Below, one piece after another: positions 1 through 8,356 of a stretch of DNA of 64,000 nucleotides. Position numbers and translations under genes: made by a program. The notes beneath the pieces were generated by a model. The model was not told the origin of the DNA, did not search any database, and saw only the letters and a list, made by a program, of their open reading frames with translations. The number at the start of each line of letters is the position of its first letter. The first letter of the stretch is position 1. The DNA comes from Candidatus Latescibacterota bacterium. Lineage in GTDB: Bacteria; Latescibacterota; UBA2968; UBA8231. The DNA lies in the NCBI GenBank assembly GCA_965248265.1, contig CBDFJF010000001.1, positions 2,752,001 through 2,816,000 on the forward strand, written 5' to 3'.

Positions 1-815
1 GCTACGGCGTTGCCGAGATTGTCATTCAACACGGCCCCTATGATCTCGATATTCTTGTCGGCCTGTACACTCATGGACAGGGTGGCTGGCGTGATGATCG
101 TTGGGTCGCCGTAGATGACATAGACCTTGCCGGCATCGAAGCGCGACGCCGGCGCGTCCGCCTTGCGGGCACCGGCGATAATGTCGGCGAAGCCGTCGCC
201 GTTGATATCACCGGTCGCGACAGCTCCTCCCAGAAAATCGCTGGCTGCCGAACCGACGAGGGTCAATTCTGTCGGTTGGCTCAGCAGATCCAGGGTGTTA
301 GGCAAAGTAGCGCTGCCGTAAATGACATACACCTTGCCGGCATCGAGCACCGCGCCGTCGTCGGATGAGTGTGCTCCGACGATGATATCTTCGAAGCCGT
401 CGCCGTTGACATCGCCTGCGGCAACTGAGCGGCCCGACTGATCAGAACTCGCAGCACCGAGTATGACCATGTCAGCGACCCCTCCGGCCAGGTCCATCGG
501 AGTAGGCAGCGGGTTGGAATCGCCGTAGACGATATAGGTAATGCCTGCGCCCGCGCGGCCCGGGGGGGAGGCTCCGTAGACACCCATGATGAGATCGTCA
601 ATCCCATCGCCGTTAACGTCGCCGCCGGCAACGGAGAATCCGAGAAAGCCACTGCCGTCCTCGCCCAGTACACGCACGTCTTCCTCGCCCGCGTCGAGAT
701 CGATGGTCGTCTGCGCGAAGGCAGATCCACACACCGACAGACAGATGTAGCCCACGCGGCGCAGGGACCGTAGCACCCGCTGGCGTGTAGTGGTTATGTC
801 AACTCGGTTGCGCAT
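1..815 (-). CDS. Secreted FG-GAP (integrin-alpha-like) repeat protein, runs off the left window edge
   Basis: Not in the ORF track; translated by hand from ATG at 815, 3 nt after the upstream stop: MRNRVDITTTRQRVLRSLRRVGYICLSVCGSAFAQ...FLGFSVAGGDVNGDGIDDLIMGVY...YIVYG. Further GDVNGDGFEDIIVGA and GDINGDGFADIIAGA repeats follow. Confidence 0.85.
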   Translation of the reverse strand, partial: MRNRVDITTTRQRVLRSLRRVGYICLSVCGSAFAQTTIDLDAGEEDVRVLGEDGSGFLGFSVAGGDVNGDGIDDLIMGVYGASPPGRAGAGITYIVYGDSNPLPTPMDLAGGVADMVILGAASSDQSGRSVAAGDVNGDGFEDIIVGAHSSDDGAVLDAGKVYVIYGSATLPNTLDLLSQPTELTLVGSAASDFLGGAVATGDINGDGFADIIAGARKADAPASRFDAGKVYVIYGDPTIITPATLSMSVQADKNIEIIGAVLNDNLGNAV

Positions 816-818
816 CGC

Positions 819-2906
819 TCACTTCAATAGGGTCATCTTGCGCACGTCTGTACGCGTGGAACTGTGCAATCGATAGAAATAGGTTCCGCCGGCAACCCCG
901 GTGCCGGTGTTATCGCGACCGTCCCAGACTGCCCGGTAGCTGCCCGTCGCCAGCGGACCACTGTGCAGGGTGCGAATCAGCTGCCCGAGTTCGTTGAATA
1001 TCTGCAGACGTACGAACTCGGGGCGGTCGATCTGATAGGGTATGATCGTTTCGGGATTGAACGGGTTTGGAATATTGGGTTGCAGTCTGAATTGAACGGG
1101 AGTAACGGGTGCCGTCAGAGCCGTCTGTACGCTCCCGATTATGTCACCACCGTTGAATCGGACGGTACGCAACTGTGGCACTCGCCCATCTTCAGGAAAC
1201 AAGCGCAACAGTTCGCCGTCACCGTGCATGGGGACGGCCCCGGCCATGGCGATCCGACGGTCAAGGGGATCGCGTCCGACGGCCAGCAAGAATCCCTCCA
1301 CCCCCGCACCGAGTTCCACACGCCCTTCGAAATCAGCCAACGAGAGTTGCGCGGAAAGGATGCCCTCGCGGTCATCGGCGAGCAGGGAGATGTAACCCTC
1401 TCCACGGACGAGGGATATCATGCGCAAGTCGGGGATCGTCTTAGGTACCGAATTCGCGGTTTCCGGCTGAGGATGGTTGTCCGCATCAGGTGTCTGCACC
1501 GGAAAACGAGATATCAGTCCCACCCGCCACTGCAAGACCAGGGTGGCATCCTCCGCATCGATCGGGCTGAGAGGAGCCTGGAGATCCAGGTTGGAGGCCA
1601 TTGCATCCAGGCCGGCCAGGGTGATGTTGCCGACCTCATGCTCCAGCATCAGGAAGGCATCGAGGGCGCTAACGCTCCCGTTGCCGCTGGCATCCCCGAG
1701 GGGATCGACGATCACCGTGGTGGCCTGGAACGAGGCCGGCGGACCTGCTGCCGTCATTGTGTCGTCGTAGCGGACAAACAGAAGGTCGGCCTTCTGGATG
1801 TGCATGATGGTGTCGCCGGCAGCACCGGCACTCTGGCCGAAAACCGTGTAGAAACGACCGAGAAAAATATCGGTGTCTGGACCGGTCTCCAGCAGCAACA
1901 CGGTCTCTTCCTCGACAGAGGTGTCGTGCGAGACGTTTACGGTCGTGCTCTGTGCCGTGAGTGGATCCGTGTTCAGGTCCTGATCCTCGACGCGGACATA
2001 AAGGGTATCACCCGGCTCCGCCACGATCGTCACGTCGACGATTCCGTCCGTGTTTCCTTCCACGGTGACGAGGTCGCAACGTGGCAGGGTGACTCCTGCA
2101 GCGTCGAGGACGTCGTCGTAGCAAATCGAGATTTGATCACCGACTTCGGCCTGAACCAGGAAATCACCAGGATTTGCTGCCGCTGAGAAGGTCACGGGAA
2201 TTGAAATCTCGAATAGACCCGTTGCCGCGCCCGTTTCCACAGCAGTCAAGCTCTCGACATCGGCTCCGTTGGTTACCGTCACCGGCACGGAGTCCGCTGC
2301 GCCTGTCCGGTCTTCGTCCGCATCGTCGATCGCAATAAGTACGGTCTGCTCGAGCTCCACCGGCTCCGGGGTAGCGTCGATGGTGCCGTCGACGCCGATA
2401 ACCGTTATCAGACCATCGGATGTACCACCAGTTGGTGGCGCCTCGTTCAGGGAGACTTCTTCCAGGGTCAGCGGCGAATTCGCAGGATCGCGAAGATCGG
2501 CGACGTCAAATTCCAGCTCGAACAGAATGCCGGAGACATCGATGATGTCATTGACGGTCGCTCCGGCAATTTTCAGTGTATCGACGACACCCCCGTCGAC
2601 GAGGTTGGACTCAAGGAATCCGACCCATGGCTCCGTCAGATGACCAGTGAAGGTGATGTTGGTATAGGTCAGGACGCTGGTGTCAAAAGACACGAAGACC
2701 TCGACGGACACGATCTGTTCCGTCGTAACGCCAATCAAAGACACCGGTATTGTTGCGGAAGTCCCGTGTGGGACACCAACGGTCGGCGCGCTCACGGTGA
2801 CGACAGCAGCAGCCGGGAGGCTCGTTGCCACGACCGTGGCGAGCACGAATTGCGCCAGTAATCTCGGCGCTGTGCGCAGGGGGTTTCTAAGGAAGGTAAG
2901 TTTCAC
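819..2906 (-). CDS. Secreted protein: cohesin, 2 Ig-like repeats, dockerin, cohesin-like domain, FlgD-Ig/T9SS-like C-terminal tail
   Basis: Signal peptide; cohesin-like TIPVSL...VSFDTSVL...GILFELEFDV; dockerin GDASGNGSVSALDAFLML...DAEDATLVLQWRVG; C-terminal PNIPNPFNPETII...WDGRDNTG..VAGGTYFYRL..KMTLLK. Confidence 0.85.
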   Translation of the reverse strand: MKLTFLRNPLRTAPRLLAQFVLATVVATSLPAAAVVTVSAPTVGVPHGTSATIPVSLIGVTTEQIVSVEVFVSFDTSVLTYTNITFTGHLTEPWVGFLESNLVDGGVVDTLKIAGATVNDIIDVSGILFELEFDVADLRDPANSPLTLEEVSLNEAPPTGGTSDGLITVIGVDGTIDATPEPVELEQTVLIAIDDADEDRTGAADSVPVTVTNGADVESLTAVETGAATGLFEISIPVTFSAAANPGDFLVQAEVGDQISICYDDVLDAAGVTLPRCDLVTVEGNTDGIVDVTIVAEPGDTLYVRVEDQDLNTDPLTAQSTTVNVSHDTSVEEETVLLLETGPDTDIFLGRFYTVFGQSAGAAGDTIMHIQKADLLFVRYDDTMTAAGPPASFQATTVIVDPLGDASGNGSVSALDAFLMLEHEVGNITLAGLDAMASNLDLQAPLSPIDAEDATLVLQWRVGLISRFPVQTPDADNHPQPETANSVPKTIPDLRMISLVRGEGYISLLADDREGILSAQLSLADFEGRVELGAGVEGFLLAVGRDPLDRRIAMAGAVPMHGDGELLRLFPEDGRVPQLRTVRFNGGDIIGSVQTALTAPVTPVQFRLQPNIPNPFNPETIIPYQIDRPEFVRLQIFNELGQLIRTLHSGPLATGSYRAVWDGRDNTGTGVAGGTYFYRLHSSTRTDVRKMTLLK

Positions 2907-2918
2907 GCATGGCGCCCC

Positions 2919-5900
2919 CTAGCGCAGAAGCAGAAGCTTGCGGACCTGCCGGAAGCTGTCTGCCTCGAGGGCGTACAGGTACACTCCGCTGGCTACTGCA
3001 CGCCCGGAGCGGTCAAGCCCGTTCCACTCTAACTGGTGCAGGCCCGCGGAGTACTCTTCACCGGCCGCCAGTGCCGTGACCTCTTGACCCAGCACATCGA
3101 ACACACGCAACCACACTTGGGCCGGTTGCGGTAACTGAAAGCGGATCGAGGTTTGTGGGTTGAACGGGTTGGGATAGTTGGGCAACAACTCGAAGTGTTG
3201 CGGCTGTAGGTGCAATTGACTTTCGGGTCCAACAGCGAACGCGGAGATCACCCCTTGCGCGTCAACGGCAACGGCCTCGGCAATTCGAAGCTGGCCGGTT
3301 GGAGCTCCAGGCCAGGTGCGGAAGACCAAGTTGAAAACCGTGTTCATCTCACCGTCGGCCGACGGCTGTATCAGATAACTCCCCACAGCGACTGTACCGG
3401 AATCGTCGGCGAGCACAACGAGAATCTGGGCTTCGCCTTCCGGCACCCCACTCGTAGCACGCAAGAACTCGAAGGAATCTGAATCGTACTCGAAGGTGAC
3501 TCCATGCCCCTGCATTCCAGGCCCCTCAGAGGCCACGGAAACCTGGTAATGGTCGGACTCGACCATCTTCTCGTGCACCAACCTCAACGACGGCAACTCA
3601 CCATCAGTACGCCCGACTCCGGGTGCCGTTACGATGGCTCTTCCCGTCTCGTAGTGGGTGCCGAAGACGTCGGCGAACAGAAAGAAATCACCGAGGGCTA
3701 TAGTGCCGTCACCATCCAGATCGAAGATGCTGTCGAACCCTGGATCGGCGGAGTTCAAACCCCAGACGTCAGCCATCAGAAAGAAGTCGGAGAAATTGAC
3801 GATACCATCTCGCAGAAAATCTCCAGGGCGATCATGGACCAGCAGTGTCAGGATGTCCGAGGCGACACTTTCATTGGGTGGACTTGCGCCATCGAGGGCC
3901 GTGATGTAATAGCGGAATTCGCCGCCCTCGGGGAGGCCATTGTCAGCGTACTCCAAACCCTCCACCGGACCGGCGATCAGCTCGAAATCGCCTGCGATAG
4001 CGCGGTATACGTTGTACCCGGCTATGTCGTCGAACGGGTCGGAGGCCCAGTCCACGGTGACGGTGTTCCGTCCACTTTGCCCGCTCTGCCGTACAGATAT
4101 CACAGTGGGTGACACGGGGGGCGTCTCGTCAGGGGCGCCCGCGGTTGCGAAAATGAGTTCCGAACTCATCGCGGGACCGTTCCCCGCCGCGTCAGCCGAC
4201 GCTACGGTGAAGCGGTATTCGGTTGCGGCGTTGAGGTTCGTCAACTCAACGTTGTGCTCGAGCTCAACCTCGGCGCGCCCTGTCACGGCATCCAGTGCAT
4301 CGGTGCCGAACTGGACGAATCCGTCCGTTCCCTCATTCGTTGCCCAGACGATGACGGCGGTGTTATCGGTAACGTGCTCCACGGAGGGTCCAGAAATTAT
4401 CTGCGGTGCCAACTCATCAGGACTGATGGCAGTGGCGAAAGACTGCACGCTGCTCTGCTGGGGACCATTGCCGAAAGCATCCGTGACACTGACTCTAAAT
4501 TGGTACGACGACGCCGGATTCAGGTTGGTCAGTTTGACCGTTTGTTGGGACAGGGTCTCGGTGACGACGAGCGACTGATCCAGCGCGAAGTCGCCGTAGT
4601 CCACAACGGAACTGGCGCCTTCATCCGTCGACCAGGAAATGGTGGCGCTGCGATCTTCGAGCGCGATGATCTGCGGTCCACTGGTCAGTACCGGAGCGTC
4701 GTCGTCAGGTTCCATGGGCGTCGTGAAGGACAGCGGCTGGCTCTCGGCCGGCCCGTTGCCGACCGGGTCCGCCGATGCCGCCACTACCGTGTAGGTGGTG
4801 GCCGGACTCAAATCAGTCAGCAGCACCTGGTGCTCGAAGCTGTGCTCTGGTACGAAGTCCGCGAGGGTGCGACTACCGTCGGCCGCTACAAGCCACAGCC
4901 TGGTGTCGCTGACTTCATCGGTGTCCCATGTGATCACGGCCTCCGTGTCCGTCGTCGACAGCTTGGCCGGTCCGGACAGGAAGGTGGGGGCCTGCAGATC
5001 CTCATCGACATCTGTAGTAAAGCTGATCTCACCGCCGTCAAGCAAAGGTCGGACGACCTTACCGGCACCTTGATTGCGGTTGCCGAAGGTAAGTTGGTTA
5101 CCGCTGAGGTCCTTCATTACAAGAGCGAAGAAATACCGCACGCCCGCCTGCAGTCCGGTGATGGTGACGTTGTGGTCATCGTCGGCCTCTTCCTCATCGA
5201 AGAGTACCTCTGAAGGAGTCCCCAATTCGTCCTCCGTGCCGACTGCGATGGCACCGAAGCAAGGCTCATTCGTCTTCCATGAAAAAGTCGCGGTGGCATG
5301 CGAGGCGATGATTTCGGGACCGAAGACGATTTCTGGCGCAAGCTCGTCTTCCTCGTCATCCGTCGTGAAGGTATCATTCCCCGAGAATGCAGTCAGACCG
5401 TCGATGTCGGTTGATTGTACTTGGAAATGATAGGTCGTGCCCGAACTCAAGCCGGTTATCAGTGCCGTGTGCCGGCGGCGGATATCAGCGGATCCAACTT
5501 CATCACTGTACTGATCGCTCTGGCCGTAACGGATAAACCCATCGGTCGGACGTGTCGTCCACCAGGTAATCAATGCCGAACTCGCCGTCACCTTGCGAAC
5601 GTGCAGGTTGCGAATGGAGGGCGGCTCTTGCTCGTCGTCTTCAGGCTCGTCGAGCACGAAGGTAAGATCTCGACTGGTGACCGGTTCGTTGCCGGCTTCG
5701 TCGGAAGAGGTAACGCGGTAGTGGTACTCGATGCCCGGTTCACCGAGCAACATTACACGGTGCAATCTCCGGAAGTTCTCGGAGCTGACTTCACTGCCGT
5801 AGTTGATGTCTGGTCCGAAATCTACCGACGCATCGGTCGGCTCGTCCGTCAGCCACTCGATGAAAACCCCTCTGCTCGATCTGTCGACGATGTCTGGACC

Positions 5901-8324
5901 CGACAGGATGCGCGGACTCGTGACATCGGGCTCTGGTATGGTCGTGACCGTGAAGTTACCACTCATCGTCGGCCCGTTCCCATCCGGATCCTTGGAGGAA
6001 ACGCGAAAGTGATAGGTCGTACCTGCCAACAGGCGCGTCAGCGTGACGACGTGCTCGCGCGTGGGATCGGGACTCTCAGCGAAAAGGCCGTATGCTTCGG
6101 TCAGTCCGTATTCCACTACGGAATCGCTGGCCTCATTGGTCTTCCAGACGACGGTTACGTAATCGTGCCCTCGTGTGCGCACACCGGGATCCGAGCTGAT
6201 GCTGGGTGGCTCGGTATCCTCGGCTGCTGCCGTTTCCAACTCAAAGTCTTCCGAGGACGTCGGCCCGTTGCCAGCGAGATCGACCATGCGAATGTTGCAG
6301 TGGTAGCGTGTCCCGGCGGTGAAACCCGTCAACGTCACGACATGTTTGGTTGCGGCCGTCGCTATGTCGATGAAGCGGCCATACTCGGATGTGGGGCCGA
6401 ATTCGATCTGGCCGTTGGCGTCCTCATCCATTTCCCAACCGATCGTAATCTTGTTGTGGAAACGTTTGATGATGTATGGGCGCCGCACGAACTTGCACGG
6501 TCTGGTGTCGTTGTCCTTCTTGGTGACGAATGTGTGATTCTCGCTGGACACGGTATTGCCGCTGGCATCCGTCGATTGAACGCGGTAGTGATAGAGCGTC
6601 GATGACTCCAATCCGATCAACAGCGATCGGTGTTTGCGCACGAGGTCATCGTTCTCGACAACTTGGCCGTAGTCTTCGTTGGTACCGTACTCGACGCGAG
6701 AGTGGCTGCCTTCGTCAGTCCGCCAGCGTATGACAGCCTTGGTTTTTTTGGTCGTCGACTTGGGACCCTTGGTAATCCGCGGGGCCTCTCCGTCTTCCTG
6801 GGGGGTGTGGAACTTGCCCAGCTTAAACGCCGAGCTGTTACCGGAAGCGTCCGTGGACCTGACCCGATAGATGTACGACACACTGGATTGTAAGCCCTCG
6901 ATCCATATCTCGTGCTTGAGAACCAGGTCAGTTACCAGTATCTCTTCGGCCCCGTCGAACAGATCGTCAACATCGTCCTCCCCGTCATCGTCGTATTCTG
7001 CGTACTGCAGAAAGCTGTCGCTGAACTCATCCGTGATCCAGGTGACGTGAGCTTCCTCTGGTGCTACTTCGGCCGTCGGACCAAGCGTGATGTCGGGCGG
7101 GTCGTCGTCCGGAGCTTCCTGCGTGATGAAATAACCACCCTTCCAGCGTGAAGCGTTGCCCGCACTGTCGACGGAGCGCACCCGGAAGAGGTAGAAGGTG
7201 TCCGGTGTCAGTGAACTTAGCTCGACTTTGTGATCTTTGGTCAGTGTCAAATCGACTACGCGCCCGCAGTCGAAGGTGAACACCGGGACGGCGGCATCGA
7301 GGTCGTTAAAGTGGGGCAGGTCACCCTGCAACAGCAGATCGGTAGCGTTCTCGAGTGTTGTAGCTTGCTCTTCAGCCAGCAGCTCAACCGCCTCAGTGAA
7401 ATTGTGCGGCCGGATCTTGGCGGCACAATAGACGACCCGACTATCACTCAGTTCAGTAGTCGTCCACAGAATGTGTGCGCTGTTGTCGGTCACACTGGCG
7501 ACACTCGGGCCTGAATCGATTTCCGGCGGCTGGGTGTCGGGATTGACCTGGATGTAATCCTCTTTGACCTCCGTGGCGCTGCCGGGCCCTCCCGTCACGG
7601 TTAGACTAACCGTGTAGTCACCGGCTGTTTCGTAGACGTGGGTGGGGTGCTGTTCCTCACTCGTGCCGCCGTCGCCGAAGGTCAACGCGTAGGAGCTGAT
7701 CTCTCCAGAGGAGAGGTCCTCGAAACGGACCTCAAGAGGCACCATGCCCTCCAGCGGATGGCCACTGAAATCGGGCGTGATGACATCCTCGACGATGGTG
7801 ATGGTGCCGTCGACGGTGATGGGTACGGGCGTGCCATTGTTGAAGGCGGCGGCCTGAAAACTGATGTTGGTGACGGTGTTGAGCGGTGCGGATGGGGCGA
7901 TGATGCCCTCAATTACGAAGAAAGTACCGTCCTCGGCTATTACACCGGTGGCAGTAGCACCAGCAATAAGAAGCGGGCCTGCCTCGGGGGGGTCGCTTTG
8001 TGCGACAAACGGGTTGTAGGCGACGCTCCAATTGGCACTCAAGGTGCCGGTGCGATCGATGGCAATGTCGCCGGGCGGCAAGATAAGAGCATCGTAACTT
8101 ATCTCGATGTTGCAGGAGAGGAGTTCGTCGGGGGCAACGTCCGTCAGCGTAACCGGAATACGGACCCGGTCGCCGGGACCGGCTTCGACATCCGCCAACG
8201 CCACCTGTAGTGCCTCAGCCGGATGCACCAAGGCAGAAGCGATCGACAGCACCATCAAGGTGCAGACGACCGCTGTCAGCCGGTGCTGCCTATGGGTCGA
8301 GGGGAGTGCCATGCCCATAGCCAC
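2919..8324 (-). CDS. Large secreted protein: cohesin, PKD, ~12 Fn3-type repeats, EF-hand/dockerin-like pair, cohesin-like domain, FlgD-Ig tail
   Basis: PKD PLEVRFEDLS..FGDG..PTHVYETAGDYTVSLTV; 11 repeats of W.T.E...V.YG...H.V.L..L...T.Y...S.D..GN plus one classical Fn3 (AGYNVYR); GDFLRDGIVNFSDFF / FDLDGDGTIALGDFFLFADVFG; PNYPNPFNPQT tail. Confidence 0.85.
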   Translation of the reverse strand: MAMGMALPSTHRQHRLTAVVCTLMVLSIASALVHPAEALQVALADVEAGPGDRVRIPVTLTDVAPDELLSCNIEISYDALILPPGDIAIDRTGTLSANWSVAYNPFVAQSDPPEAGPLLIAGATATGVIAEDGTFFVIEGIIAPSAPLNTVTNISFQAAAFNNGTPVPITVDGTITIVEDVITPDFSGHPLEGMVPLEVRFEDLSSGEISSYALTFGDGGTSEEQHPTHVYETAGDYTVSLTVTGGPGSATEVKEDYIQVNPDTQPPEIDSGPSVASVTDNSAHILWTTTELSDSRVVYCAAKIRPHNFTEAVELLAEEQATTLENATDLLLQGDLPHFNDLDAAVPVFTFDCGRVVDLTLTKDHKVELSSLTPDTFYLFRVRSVDSAGNASRWKGGYFITQEAPDDDPPDITLGPTAEVAPEEAHVTWITDEFSDSFLQYAEYDDDGEDDVDDLFDGAEEILVTDLVLKHEIWIEGLQSSVSYIYRVRSTDASGNSSAFKLGKFHTPQEDGEAPRITKGPKSTTKKTKAVIRWRTDEGSHSRVEYGTNEDYGQVVENDDLVRKHRSLLIGLESSTLYHYRVQSTDASGNTVSSENHTFVTKKDNDTRPCKFVRRPYIIKRFHNKITIGWEMDEDANGQIEFGPTSEYGRFIDIATAATKHVVTLTGFTAGTRYHCNIRMVDLAGNGPTSSEDFELETAAAEDTEPPSISSDPGVRTRGHDYVTVVWKTNEASDSVVEYGLTEAYGLFAESPDPTREHVVTLTRLLAGTTYHFRVSSKDPDGNGPTMSGNFTVTTIPEPDVTSPRILSGPDIVDRSSRGVFIEWLTDEPTDASVDFGPDINYGSEVSSENFRRLHRVMLLGEPGIEYHYRVTSSDEAGNEPVTSRDLTFVLDEPEDDEQEPPSIRNLHVRKVTASSALITWWTTRPTDGFIRYGQSDQYSDEVGSADIRRRHTALITGLSSGTTYHFQVQSTDIDGLTAFSGNDTFTTDDEEDELAPEIVFGPEIIASHATATFSWKTNEPCFGAIAVGTEDELGTPSEVLFDEEEADDDHNVTITGLQAGVRYFFALVMKDLSGNQLTFGNRNQGAGKVVRPLLDGGEISFTTDVDEDLQAPTFLSGPAKLSTTDTEAVITWDTDEVSDTRLWLVAADGSRTLADFVPEHSFEHQVLLTDLSPATTYTVVAASADPVGNGPAESQPLSFTTPMEPDDDAPVLTSGPQIIALEDRSATISWSTDEGASSVVDYGDFALDQSLVVTETLSQQTVKLTNLNPASSYQFRVSVTDAFGNGPQQSSVQSFATAISPDELAPQIISGPSVEHVTDNTAVIVWATNEGTDGFVQFGTDALDAVTGRAEVELEHNVELTNLNAATEYRFTVASADAAGNGPAMSSELIFATAGAPDETPPVSPTVISVRQSGQSGRNTVTVDWASDPFDDIAGYNVYRAIAGDFELIAGPVEGLEYADNGLPEGGEFRYYITALDGASPPNESVASDILTLLVHDRPGDFLRDGIVNFSDFFLMADVWGLNSADPGFDSIFDLDGDGTIALGDFFLFADVFGTHYETGRAIVTAPGVGRTDGELPSLRLVHEKMVESDHYQVSVASEGPGMQGHGVTFEYDSDSFEFLRATSGVPEGEAQILVVLADDSGTVAVGSYLIQPSADGEMNTVFNLVFRTWPGAPTGQLRIAEAVAVDAQGVISAFAVGPESQLHLQPQHFELLPNYPNPFNPQTSIRFQLPQPAQVWLRVFDVLGQEVTALAAGEEYSAGLHQLEWNGLDRSGRAVASGVYLYALEADSFRQVRKLLLLR

Positions 8325-8356
8325 GATTCCTTTCGCGCTTTCCGTTTGGATTTTCG

